Part shown: positions 26,822 through 36,349 of the stretch, piece by piece
Layout of the letters: the number at the start of each line of letters is the position of its first letter
Numbering within the stretch: position 1 is the first letter of the stretch
IMG/VR virus record: IMGVR_UViG_3300044878_000229
Span: 1-37,985 of that record
Length of the DNA stretch: 37,985 nucleotides
Origin: a virus
Taxonomy: Duplodnaviria; Caudoviricetes
Strand: one strand, 5' to 3'
Notes under the pieces: model-generated
What the model saw: only the letters and a program-made list of their open reading frames with translations
Databases searched by the model: none
What the model was told of the DNA's origin: nothing
Made by a program: the position numbers and the translations under genes

Positions 26822-29413
26822 ATGGCGAATGAAGTTCTGGTTGGACTAAAGATCGGTGCCGCCGTTTCGGGCAGCCTCAATGCTGCCTTCGGTTCAGCCA
26901 AGTCGACCGTGCAGCAACTTGGTCGCGCCACTGACGGGTTGACCGCCAAACAGAAACTCATCGGCACCGAATTGGCGGCATCGATTGCACGGGGTGGCAC
27001 CGGTATCGAGCGCATGCGTCGGCAGTACGATCAGGTCGGCCGCACGATAGAACAACTCAAGGTCAAACAAGACCGGCTCAATACCAGCATTGCCCGTGGC
27101 GAAACCCTAAAAAACAAACGAGGTGAGTTGCGTGGCCAGGCCATGGAAACGGCCGGTACAGCAGCTGTACTCGGTGCACCCGTTGTCCAATCGATGCGGA
27201 CGGCCATCGACTTCAAAGACCGGACCAATGACATTGCGATTACTGGAGGCTTCAGCGAGGAAGAGGAAGCAAAACTCAGTGATGTAATGCGGGGCGCGGC
27301 ACTGAAGTGGAACCAAACCCAAACTGAAGTCGCTGCCGGCACAGCAGTGTTAATCGCCGGTGGGATCTCCAGTGCCAAAGAACTTGCGGCATACGCACCG
27401 GTGATGGCCAAAACGGCTACGGCTACTCGCGCCAGCATGGATGATCTCGGCTCCGTAGCCATCGCTTTGAATGACAACCTCGGTATCGGCGCTGCTGGGC
27501 TGGAGCGCTCGATGAACATGCTGGCCTTCGCCGGCAAGAGCGGTCAGTTCGAATTGGCGGATATGGCCAAATGGTTACCGCAGCTTACGCCGCAGTTTGC
27601 GGCGTTGGGTATCACAGGCGAGCGAGCCGTTGCCGAAATCGGTGCGTCACTGCAGATAGCGCGACGAGGCGCTGGCAGCAACGATGAAGCGGCCAACAAC
27701 TTCAAAAACTTCCTCTCGAAACTCACCGCGAAGGACACCCTTAAGTCCTTTGAGGGCGCAGGTATCGATCTCACTGCGTCGATGAAAAATCTAGTTGGTA
27801 ATGGACTGACTCCCGTTCAGGCCATGTTGGAAGTCATCACCAAATATGTCGGAACTAAGGGGCCAGAGGCTGCAGGCAAGTTTCAAAACGCCATGGCCAT
27901 CAAGGATGACGAAGAGCGCCAGATTGCCCTCAATCGTTTGAACGAAGCCTACAAACTGGGTGAGTTGTTCGCCGACCAGCAGGTGCTGTCATTCATTCGC
28001 CCTGCAATGGCGAACAGGAAGGATCTTGCCGATATTCAGCAAGGCAGTATCGATGCCGCCGATAAAGGTGGGCTTGATGCTGATTGGAATAAAAGGATGA
28101 AAAGCCCGAAGGAGCAGCTAGGGCAGCTGACAAACAACCTATCTGAAATTGGAATAATCATCGGCAGTACGCTGTTGCCAGCCCTCGTTGAAGTTACACA
28201 GGCTGTCATCCCGGTGATGCAGTCATTTGGCACCTGGGCTGGCGAAAACCCTGCGCTTATTAAAGGTGTCATCGGCCTGGTCGGCGGTCTGTTGCTTGGC
28301 AAGCTTGCGTTCATTGGTGTCGCTTACGGAATCAACCTGGTGATGTCACCCTTCGTGGCGCTGACCACGACCGTAACCACGCTTTCCTCAAAGTGGACCT
28401 TGCTGCGCGGCATGTGGCAGATGGGCAAATTTGCCCCACTTATCTCCGGCCTGACCCGTGTCGGCGGCGGCCTACTAACAGTGGCCAAGTTCAGTGGTGT
28501 GTTCTTGCGCGGTGTAACCATGGCGTTGGGAGCCCCGCTGATGATGGTGGCGCGAGGCGGTTTGTTCCTGGGCAAGATACTCGGCGGCACATTGCTGTTC
28601 GGTCTGAAGCTTGCGGGCCAGGCGATCCTTTGGCTGGGCCGCGCCCTGATGATGAACCCCATTGGATTGGCCATCACCGCGATTGCTGTCGGGGCCTATC
28701 TGATCTATCGCTACTGGGCGCCGATCAAAACGTTCTTCACCGGCCTGTGGCAAGAGGTGAAAGACGGATTCAGCGGTGGTCTATCGGGCATTTTGGGTTT
28801 GCTCGTTAACTTCTCTCCAGTTGGCCTGTTCTATAGGGCTTTTGCCGGAGTTCTGAGTTACTTCGGAATCGAACTGCCGGGCAAGTTCACCGAGTTCGGC
28901 GGCATGATCATTGATGGTTTGGTCAATGGCATCAGCAATGCTTTGGGTGCTGCCAAGGAAGCCGTCGTCGGCGTCGGCACCTCGGTCAAAGGCTGGTTCA
29001 CCGAGACGCTCGGCATCCAGTCACCGAGCCGGGTGTTCATGGGCTACGGCGCCAATATCAGCGAAGGCGCCGCGATTGGCATCAGTGCGCAGTCAGACCT
29101 GGTGCGAAAAGCAGCACTCGGCATGGCAGCACAATCGGATGTCGACCTTGCGCCGCCGAACCCGGCCGATGTGTCCAGGGCGAGCATGATGGGGAGCGCT
29201 GGCGGCGTCGCTGCTGGTATGGGTTCGGGCATGGGCGGTGGGCCGAGCTTCACTTTCTCTCCGCAAATCAACGTACCTGGTGGTGCGGATGTACAGCAGC
29301 AAGTTCAACAGGGGCTCCAGGCCGGCTATGTCGAATTCACGCGAATGATGGATCGTTACATGCACGACAAGCGCCGCCGTAGCTATGGCCCATCTGATGA
29401 GGGATTCGCCTAA
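26822..29413 (+). CDS. Tail tape measure protein
   Basis: 863 aa, Ala/Gly-rich helical; AGKSGQFELADMAKWLP, MNPIGLAI, LGIQSPSRVF. Confidence 0.93.
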   Translation: MANEVLVGLKIGAAVSGSLNAAFGSAKSTVQQLGRATDGLTAKQKLIGTELAASIARGGTGIERMRRQYDQVGRTIEQLKVKQDRLNTSIARGETLKNKRGELRGQAMETAGTAAVLGAPVVQSMRTAIDFKDRTNDIAITGGFSEEEEAKLSDVMRGAALKWNQTQTEVAAGTAVLIAGGISSAKELAAYAPVMAKTATATRASMDDLGSVAIALNDNLGIGAAGLERSMNMLAFAGKSGQFELADMAKWLPQLTPQFAALGITGERAVAEIGASLQIARRGAGSNDEAANNFKNFLSKLTAKDTLKSFEGAGIDLTASMKNLVGNGLTPVQAMLEVITKYVGTKGPEAAGKFQNAMAIKDDEERQIALNRLNEAYKLGELFADQQVLSFIRPAMANRKDLADIQQGSIDAADKGGLDADWNKRMKSPKEQLGQLTNNLSEIGIIIGSTLLPALVEVTQAVIPVMQSFGTWAGENPALIKGVIGLVGGLLLGKLAFIGVAYGINLVMSPFVALTTTVTTLSSKWTLLRGMWQMGKFAPLISGLTRVGGGLLTVAKFSGVFLRGVTMALGAPLMMVARGGLFLGKILGGTLLFGLKLAGQAILWLGRALMMNPIGLAITAIAVGAYLIYRYWAPIKTFFTGLWQEVKDGFSGGLSGILGLLVNFSPVGLFYRAFAGVLSYFGIELPGKFTEFGGMIIDGLVNGISNALGAAKEAVVGVGTSVKGWFTETLGIQSPSRVFMGYGANISEGAAIGISAQSDLVRKAALGMAAQSDVDLAPPNPADVSRASMMGSAGGVAAGMGSGMGGGPSFTFSPQINVPGGADVQQQVQQGLQAGYVEFTRMMDRYMHDKRRRSYGPSDEGFA

Positions 29414-30294
29414 TGTTTGCAATTCTGGGTGATATCGAATTCACCGTGGCCGGTGGCATCAGCGGCATGGAGCAAAGCGGATCGGCTGACTGGGCGGAGC
29501 ACGCACGTATCCAGGGAAAACCTTTGTTGGAATGGGTCGGTGAAGGTCTGGATGAGTGCAACCTGACCATCGAACTGCACCCGGTGCTGGGTGACCCCGA
29601 GGAACGCTTGCGAACCCTGCGCCAGGCCAAGAGCAAACATGAGCCTCTGGCCTTTGTGATGGGAAGCGGCGAATACCTCGGTGCCTACGTCATCACCAAC
29701 ATCTCCAATGCAATCCGCCGCTCGACGGCCGTGGGCCAGATCAAGGCAGCTACGGTTCAGTTGAGTCTGAAGGAGTACACCGGGGCGTTCACTCGTAAGG
29801 TCGCTCGGCCGGGATTGGCCGATCCAGCTTTGAGCGGCACGACTGCTGCCACCGCCGATAAGCCAGGTCTCATTTCAAAGCTGATGCCAGCCCCCAGTAC
29901 CGTCCAGGCGGTGATTGGCCATGCCAAAACAGCGGGGAACATATTAAAGGCAGGACAGAACTTGTATGAGGTGGTCAAGAGCGGTAACCCCTCGATGATT
30001 CTCGGTCAAGTCCCGCAATTGCTTGGCGTCACGGCTAGGGCGATTGAGCCGTTGCAAGGCCTGAAGTCTGTGGCCGGACTACTTGACGATGGCTCCGATC
30101 TGTCGCGACTGGGTGAGAACGTATTGGGCAGCGTGATGGGCGCTCGATCAGCCCTAAATCCGGTTGACCTGGGCAACATCGTCGACCGGTTCTCCGCATC
30201 TCGCGAGTCGCTTGGCCAGGCGCTCACCACAATGGACGGCGCCCGGACCCGCTTGGCTGGGTTGGCAGCACAAGTCCTGACGAGGAAGGCCTGA
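29413..30294 (+). CDS. Tail tube initiator (P2 gpU-like) with C-terminal extension
   Basis: MFAILGDIEF, WAEHARIQGKPLLEWVG, LSLKEY. Confidence 0.85.
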   Translation: MFAILGDIEFTVAGGISGMEQSGSADWAEHARIQGKPLLEWVGEGLDECNLTIELHPVLGDPEERLRTLRQAKSKHEPLAFVMGSGEYLGAYVITNISNAIRRSTAVGQIKAATVQLSLKEYTGAFTRKVARPGLADPALSGTTAATADKPGLISKLMPAPSTVQAVIGHAKTAGNILKAGQNLYEVVKSGNPSMILGQVPQLLGVTARAIEPLQGLKSVAGLLDDGSDLSRLGENVLGSVMGARSALNPVDLGNIVDRFSASRESLGQALTTMDGARTRLAGLAAQVLTRKA

Positions 30295-30500
30295 TGTTTA
30301 TCACACATGTCACGACTGAAGGTGAGCGGTGGGACCAACTCGCCTGGCGTTATTACGGCGATGCTCATCGTTATTTACCGATCGTTGAGGCCAACACCCA
30401 TGTGCCAATCACCGCTGCGTTGCCGGCCGGCCTGACCCTGGCCATTCCCATCCTTGAGCCCGTGGCCACCACCGAGGATCTGCCGCCATGGATGCGATGA
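30294..30500 (+). CDS. Tail protein X (LysM-like)
   Basis: T.EGERWDQLAWRYYGD...LPPW. Confidence 0.88.
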   Translation: MFITHVTTEGERWDQLAWRYYGDAHRYLPIVEANTHVPITAALPAGLTLAIPILEPVATTEDLPPWMR

Positions 30501-31597
30501 TCCCTACGCAGGTTCCGGAAGCACGTTTCGTGCTGGCCTATCAGCAGAGCAACATCACCCGAAACGTCAGCCAGCACTTGATCTCTTTGTCCTACACCGA
30601 CTATCTCACGGGCCAGGCTGACAGCTTGGAGGTCGAGCTGGAGGACACCGAGGGCAAGTGGCGTGATGCTTGGTATCCAGGGCATGGCGACAGCTTGACC
30701 CTATCCATTGGCTGGGAAGGTGAGCCGTTACGTGCTGTTGGACGGTTTGAGATCGATGAGGTTGAGCTGAATTGCCCGCCCTCGACGATCACTATTCATG
30801 GTCTGGCCACCGGAATTAAGGCCGCACTGCGGACTACCGAGCACCACGCTTATGAAAACACCACGCTGGATGCCGTGGCCCAACAGATCGCGGCACGTCA
30901 GGGTCTGGAATTGGTCGGCAGCATCGAGCCGATCAAGCTCGACCGGCTGACTCAGCAGGAGTCCGATCTGGCCTTCCTGCGCAACTTGGCTGCCGAGTAT
31001 GACTACGCCTTCAAAGTTACAGGCAGCCGCATGGTCTTTCATGCCATCAGCGAGTTGGCCAAGGGCAAACCGGTTGCAACTCTGGTGCTCCAGGACTTGA
31101 GCGGTGTGAACTTGCGCGATCAGATCAAAGACGTCCCGCAAGCCATCGAGGTGAAGCACAAAGAGCCTGCGAAGAAAGAACTGATTGCCTACAAAATCGA
31201 AAATGGTGAAACCGTCGCGGTGCCCAGCAGCGCAAGCAAGGCCACCACCAGTGGTGATACCAAAAAAAGCCGCAAGCGCAGCGCCTCGGCCGAAGAGTCC
31301 AAAGCCAAAGCCAAAGCTGAGCTGGCCAAAGCCAACCGCGAACGCACCACCGGCAGCTGGGGCGCGATGGGTCGGCCCAACCTGCTCAGCGGCAACGTGG
31401 TGACCTTGGTAGCGGCGGGCAAACTCGGCGGCAACTACCTGATCACTTCCTCACAACACCGGATGACCCGGAGTGGTTACACCGTGGACAAGTCAGTCTG
31501 TCGTGTGTCCGCGCCCTCGATCACGTTTAGTCAGGAGAACATCCAGCCAGACCAGGCTTTATCAGCCTATGGCATTCAGAAAGAAGTGGTGGCCTAA
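30488..31597 (+). CDS. Baseplate hub (P2 late control D-like)
   Basis: SLSYTD...GQADSLEVELED, QQESDLAFLRNLA. Confidence 0.88.
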   Translation: MDAMIPTQVPEARFVLAYQQSNITRNVSQHLISLSYTDYLTGQADSLEVELEDTEGKWRDAWYPGHGDSLTLSIGWEGEPLRAVGRFEIDEVELNCPPSTITIHGLATGIKAALRTTEHHAYENTTLDAVAQQIAARQGLELVGSIEPIKLDRLTQQESDLAFLRNLAAEYDYAFKVTGSRMVFHAISELAKGKPVATLVLQDLSGVNLRDQIKDVPQAIEVKHKEPAKKELIAYKIENGETVAVPSSASKATTSGDTKKSRKRSASAEESKAKAKAELAKANRERTTGSWGAMGRPNLLSGNVVTLVAAGKLGGNYLITSSQHRMTRSGYTVDKSVCRVSAPSITFSQENIQPDQALSAYGIQKEVVA

Positions 31598-31615
31598 CTA
31601 TGGAGGCGCGATCTG

Positions 31616-32167
31616 ATGGGCGTTGAGCTGGAGTACGGCGAAGTCAGCGCCGTGGATTACCTGACTTGCCGCATCCGGGTGCGCCTGGATGACCGCGACG
31701 GGGTTGAGAGCTACTGGCTAAATGTCCCCCAGCGCAATACCCAAGGCACTAAACGTCGGCCGTTGATGCCTGAACTGGGCGAGCAGGTCGCCGTGTTGCT
31801 GGACTCTGACGGTGTGGGTGGTGTTTACCTGGGGGGGATCTACTCATCGGCAGAACCGCCACCTGTTGTTGATGAAGACACGGATTATGTGCGGTACAGC
31901 GATGGCACTGTCTCGACATATGATCGTAAGGCCGGGGTGATGACGTTGGACAGCGTCGGGGCTTTGCTATTGAAGTGCGCTCGGAACATCACCGTTGAGT
32001 CGGGTGAACCTGTCGTGGTGAAGGCTCCGTCAGCATCATTGGACGTACCGGAGGTCTCCTTGAATGGAAACCTGAAGATGAAGGGCAATCTGCTGGTTGA
32101 CGGCAGTGTCGAAGCTACCGGTACCGTCATGGATGGTGGTGGAAACTCTAACCATCACACCCACTAG
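31616..32167 (+). CDS. Baseplate spike (gpV-like)
   Basis: MPELGEQVAVL, GVYLGGIYS, terminal HHTH metal-binding motif. Confidence 0.9.
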   Translation: MGVELEYGEVSAVDYLTCRIRVRLDDRDGVESYWLNVPQRNTQGTKRRPLMPELGEQVAVLLDSDGVGGVYLGGIYSSAEPPPVVDEDTDYVRYSDGTVSTYDRKAGVMTLDSVGALLLKCARNITVESGEPVVVKAPSASLDVPEVSLNGNLKMKGNLLVDGSVEATGTVMDGGGNSNHHTH

Positions 32168-32169
32168 CT

Positions 32170-32216
32170 CTCTTTAAACTCGATTAAAAGCCGGCACCAG
32201 CCGGTTTTCTCATTAT
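32170..32216 (+). promoter_or_regulatory. Late promoter 4 (baseplate wedge/fibre operon)
   Basis: Same 21-mer, 20-nt spacer, CATTAT. Confidence 0.82.
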
Positions 32217-32222
32217 GGGCGC

Positions 32223-32600
32223 ATGACGACGCCCATTCCCTACACCAGCATTACCGCCGCCCATTGGCAGCCAGCCCTCGGAACCTCCGGCGAGGTGGTC
32301 GAGGGTTTGCGCGACATCGACCAAGCCATCCGCATCATCCTGACCACACCTAAAGGCAGTGACGCCCACCGCCCGGAGTTTGGCTGCGACATTCATCTGT
32401 ACATCGACTGGCCCGTCAACCGCGTGACACCGCACCTGGTGCGTGAAGCGGTCGACGCTATCCGCCGTTGGGAAACCCGAGTCTCGGTCGTTCAGGTACT
32501 CGTGCTCGTTGAGGACTCGCGCATCGTTGTGCGTGTGCAGTGGCGTGTCGCGGACGGTGTCACCCAGTTGACCGAGGTGCCTTATGCGCGAGCTGCCTAA
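32223..32600 (+). CDS. Baseplate wedge protein (gpW/gp25 family)
   Basis: DIDQAIRIILTTPKGS..HRPEFG, AIRRWETRV. Confidence 0.9.
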   Translation: MTTPIPYTSITAAHWQPALGTSGEVVEGLRDIDQAIRIILTTPKGSDAHRPEFGCDIHLYIDWPVNRVTPHLVREAVDAIRRWETRVSVVQVLVLVEDSRIVVRVQWRVADGVTQLTEVPYARAA

Positions 32601-33705
32601 ACCGGTATTCATTGAAATTGATCCAGCGGCCAACGAAGCCAGCTTGATTGCTCGATACGAGGAAAAAACAGGAAAAACACTGTATCCCGCACAGGTAGAG
32701 CGACTGTTTATAGACCAGGTCGCCTATTCCGAGACTCGTCTGCAGATGGCCATCCAGAGTGCTGGCGAGCAGCTCCTGGTGCGGTATGCCAAGGGGCCGA
32801 TTCTTGAGTACCTGGGCGAACTGGTCGCTACACCCAAGCTTTTGGCGAGCCCTGCACGTTGCACATTGCGTTTCACCATGCCGGTTGCTGTGCAGCAACC
32901 ATTGCTGATTCGTGCCGGCACTCGCGTCAGCACCCAAGATGCCAAACTGGCTTTTCTAACTGATCAAGACGCCGTCATCCCGGCTGGACAGACACAAGTC
33001 AGCGTGACGTCCACGTGCTTAACGGTCGGAGTGCTGGGTAATGGTTGGGCTGTTGGCCAAATCAGCAGTATTGCTAACTCACCCGCAGAAGGCCTCGTCG
33101 CCACCAACATCAACGTCACAGCGGAAGGCGCTGAGGATGAGGAAGACGACCGCTACCGCGAGCGGATCATCCTGGCACCTGAAGCGTTCAGCAATGCCGG
33201 CAGTCGCGGGGCCTATCGGTATCACGCCCTGGCGGTACACCAATCAATCATTGACGTCGCAGTCTATGGCCCTGACGAAGGGCAGCCGGATGGTCATGTA
33301 GCGTTATTCCCGCTGACTATCACGGGCCTGCCTTCAGACGATTTGCTTCAACGGGTCAAGGGCCAGGTCAGCGGTGAGAAGCTTCGCCCGCTGTGTGACA
33401 CGGTTCACGCCTATGCCCCGACTGAAGTCTCCTATCAGATCAAGGCCCGCATCACCTTTTACGACGCGGCAAGCCGTGATGAGTCCATGAAGGCTGCCAA
33501 AGCTGCGGCCGAAAAATATGCCGCTGAGCGACGTGCAGGTCTTGGCCGCGATCTTGTCCAGGAGCAGTTGACTGCGTTACTGCAAGTAAATGGTGTTTAC
33601 CGGGCCGATCTGGAACTGCCGAACGCCTTGCGGGAACTGCAAGGAAACGAATGGGCGAACTGCACCTCGATCCAGCTTGAGGATGCCGGGGTGGTCTATG
33701 GCTAG
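32584..33705 (+). CDS. Baseplate J-like protein
   Basis: GAEDEEDDRYRERI, AGSRGAYRYHA, LRPLCDTV. Confidence 0.92.
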   Translation: MRELPKPVFIEIDPAANEASLIARYEEKTGKTLYPAQVERLFIDQVAYSETRLQMAIQSAGEQLLVRYAKGPILEYLGELVATPKLLASPARCTLRFTMPVAVQQPLLIRAGTRVSTQDAKLAFLTDQDAVIPAGQTQVSVTSTCLTVGVLGNGWAVGQISSIANSPAEGLVATNINVTAEGAEDEEDDRYRERIILAPEAFSNAGSRGAYRYHALAVHQSIIDVAVYGPDEGQPDGHVALFPLTITGLPSDDLLQRVKGQVSGEKLRPLCDTVHAYAPTEVSYQIKARITFYDAASRDESMKAAKAAAEKYAAERRAGLGRDLVQEQLTALLQVNGVYRADLELPNALRELQGNEWANCTSIQLEDAGVVYG

Positions 33706-34279
33706 TCAGCAACTACCACCGGCATTGGCTAGCGACGAACGTTTCGCGGTGCTTTGCGAGCTGCTCGATGAGACTTTGGAAGGGCTCGATCTCAATGCAA
33801 TGTTGGTTTATCTGGTTGACCTGGTTAAACCCCGATTGCTACCCCACCTCGCAGACCAGTTCTCTCTGCTTGATGAGGCAGCCTGGTTGCTCGCCGAGTC
33901 AGAGGAAGCCAAGCGCAACCTGATCAAGAACTCCGCCCAGTTGCATCGCTACAAAGGTACACCTTGGGCTATTCACGAGATCGTCCGCTTATTGGGTTTC
34001 GGTGAGGTCACGCTGCAGGAAGGCTTGAGCAATCGAATTCGCGATGGGTCAATCACCAGGAATGGCGCCTATGTTCATGGCGATTCTTCCGCCTGGCCGC
34101 TTTACCGCGTCTTTCTTCAGCGCGCCATTACCAATGATCAGGCCGCGCTGCTGCGCCGCCTTCTTCTTTCTGTCGCTCCCACACGCTGCCGCTTGGTGAC
34201 ACTCGACTATCAGTCAGTTCCCGTTCGGCATAACGGCGTAGCGCGGCGCGATGGCCAATACAACCATGGGAGCAGCTAA
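33698..34279 (+). CDS. Tail protein I (P2 gpI-like)
   Basis: LLPHLADQF, HRYKGTPWAI. Confidence 0.88.
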   Translation: MASQQLPPALASDERFAVLCELLDETLEGLDLNAMLVYLVDLVKPRLLPHLADQFSLLDEAAWLLAESEEAKRNLIKNSAQLHRYKGTPWAIHEIVRLLGFGEVTLQEGLSNRIRDGSITRNGAYVHGDSSAWPLYRVFLQRAITNDQAALLRRLLLSVAPTRCRLVTLDYQSVPVRHNGVARRDGQYNHGSS

Positions 34280-35574
34280 TGGCCGATTTACCCGAACTAA
34301 ATGAATGGCCGGAAGGCATCTACCAGCTTGAATTGTCTGACCCGGTCCTGGGAGGCCCTGAAGGCATCGACAACTTGCAAGCTAAACAGCTGGCAAGTCG
34401 GACCATATGGCTAAAGGATCAGATCGCAAAGATCGTTGCTGGTACGAGCGCTGTTGGTAAAGCACTTCAACTGAAGACGGCTCGCACACTGAAATTCACA
34501 GGGGCGGCGACGGGATCGGGTACCTACGATGGCAGTGCGGACACTGAGATCGCCCTGACCTTACCGGATAGCGGAGTTGTCGCCGGCTCCTTCACGAAGG
34601 TGTCAGTCAGCGCTAAAGGACTGGTAACCAGTGGAAGCAACCCAACGACGCTGGCCGGATACGGCATTACGGATGTATTTACGAAGGAAGGAACGGCAAC
34701 GGCAATCAGTGAGGCGATCTCGGGGCATTTCGTCTCCATCGCTGCTTCACGCCCCCTCACTAAAGCTGACATAGGACTGGTGCAAATCGACTCCAGTGCA
34801 GCGGCTGTCACCGTTCAGTTGCCTAAATCGGATGTTGACCTGGGTATCCGCGACCTAATTGTTCGACGCACCGATAACACAGGCAACCGGCTTGTTATCC
34901 AGGCCGATGGTAGCGACAAAATCAAGTTCCATACCCACTTACGTGCAGAGGGCTATTCGTTCTTTGTCCTGATGGGGGCCGGGGATTACTGGCACTTGCG
35001 CAGTGATGGGGCCGGCGGCTGGGTACCCATTGCCCGCTTCGACGGCACACCATTGGGCCGTCCTGTGTTTGAAACCACGACGGCTTTCTCTCCGGGTGGT
35101 TGGGTGGCTCATAACGGGTTTATCTACAGCCGTGCGGAATGGCCGTGGGCCTGGGACCACGCGCAAGCCTCGGGGATGCTTACCACCGAGGCGGCTCGAA
35201 CGGGGCTTGAAGGCTGCTGGACCAGTGGGGATGGCGTTACGACGTTCCGCAGCCCCGAGGCTCGCGGCGACATTATCCGGATGCTCGATGAGGGGCGTGG
35301 CGTGGATGTCGGTCGCGTGGCGGGTTCATTCCAGAAGGGCAGTCTTCAAACCTTCGACCCAAACCGGAACAGTTTAAGCGTCACCGGGCTTACCCACTCC
35401 GGTGCAGACACCGACATCGCGGCAAAGCACGGGCTAGACCCCGCCACGTTGGCAGACTACCCGCAGTCGACAGTGGTCACGATGGATAACACCCCGACTA
35501 CCGCAATTAACACTGCGGGCGGGGTGGTCCGTCCCCGTAACACCGCCTATCCCGGCCGAATCAAACTGATCTGA
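34279..35574 (+). CDS. Tail fibre protein
   Basis: N-terminal GIYQLE.SDPVLGGP.GI.N.QA..LA.RT, collar-like TTFRSPEARG, C-terminal RPRNTAY. Confidence 0.88.
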   Translation: MADLPELNEWPEGIYQLELSDPVLGGPEGIDNLQAKQLASRTIWLKDQIAKIVAGTSAVGKALQLKTARTLKFTGAATGSGTYDGSADTEIALTLPDSGVVAGSFTKVSVSAKGLVTSGSNPTTLAGYGITDVFTKEGTATAISEAISGHFVSIAASRPLTKADIGLVQIDSSAAAVTVQLPKSDVDLGIRDLIVRRTDNTGNRLVIQADGSDKIKFHTHLRAEGYSFFVLMGAGDYWHLRSDGAGGWVPIARFDGTPLGRPVFETTTAFSPGGWVAHNGFIYSRAEWPWAWDHAQASGMLTTEAARTGLEGCWTSGDGVTTFRSPEARGDIIRMLDEGRGVDVGRVAGSFQKGSLQTFDPNRNSLSVTGLTHSGADTDIAAKHGLDPATLADYPQSTVVTMDNTPTTAINTAGGVVRPRNTAYPGRIKLI

Positions 35575-35581
35575 GGTGTGC

Positions 35582-36349
35582 ATGAAAGCGATTTATTTGG
35601 TTCGTCCGGCTGATGGTGCCTTGTTGCTTGAATGGTTACGCGAAACGCCCGGTATTGGCTACCAGATGCCAGAGGATGGCGTAGACCTTCGCGGCGAGCT
35701 TGCGGTGGCGCCAGAAGGCGAAGCGTGGGCACTAGTGGATGACGAGCCGGTGTTGCTGGCGGATCATCGCGGTACGGTCTACAGCACCGTTACCTGTGAG
35801 GCGCAGCAATACGACGCATTGGGTGATCTGCCCGAGGGCTTGACCAGCGAGCCGCGTCCGTCGCTGCTCCATGGTTGGATCGATGGCGCCTGGCAGCTTG
35901 ACCCGGTGCGCGTGGCAAAGCAGCACAAGGAAGAGCAGGAACAGGCGTGGGAACTGATCAAGTCCGAGCGTGACCGTCGTAAAGAGGCAGGCCTTAAGGT
36001 TGGCAATAAGTGGGTACATTCCGACCTATTCAGTCGAAGCCAGTGGCTGGGGCTCAAGGACAGCGCCCGTGATGCCTTGGCCGCTGGTTGCGCCATGGTC
36101 GACGGTCTGCTCGACAGCGAAGGCAAAGCCATCGTCTGGAAAATGCTAGACGGCTCGTTTGTGCCCGTGACCGCGCAACTGGCGTTCGACGTTGTTGCAG
36201 CGGTTACTCGCTCTGACATGGCGATCTTTACCGTTGCCGAGCAGCACCGTGCCGCTATGGTGGCCTGTCAGACGCCAGCGGAATATGACTGCACCGCCAA
36301 CTGGCCGCAAACCTATGCCGATTGGGCCGCTGCGCAAGGGGTTGTCTAA
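35582..36349 (+). CDS. Tail fibre assembly protein with DUF4376-like C-terminus
   Basis: ADHRGTVYST, LGDLPEGLT, WELIKSERDRR, WVHSD. Confidence 0.8.
   Translation: MKAIYLVRPADGALLLEWLRETPGIGYQMPEDGVDLRGELAVAPEGEAWALVDDEPVLLADHRGTVYSTVTCEAQQYDALGDLPEGLTSEPRPSLLHGWIDGAWQLDPVRVAKQHKEEQEQAWELIKSERDRRKEAGLKVGNKWVHSDLFSRSQWLGLKDSARDALAAGCAMVDGLLDSEGKAIVWKMLDGSFVPVTAQLAFDVVAAVTRSDMAIFTVAEQHRAAMVACQTPAEYDCTANWPQTYADWAAAQGVV

Noticed and set aside
26832-26837. GAACTT as an AlgU/sigmaE -35 for the membrane moron
   Set aside because: No matching TCTRA-type -10 at the expected spacing; the extended sigma70 -10 is the simpler reading
11801-32190. 21-bp repeats as a CRISPR array or recombination sites
   Set aside because: They are kilobases apart, each precedes a late operon and each has a fixed-distance -10 element, so a promoter role explains them
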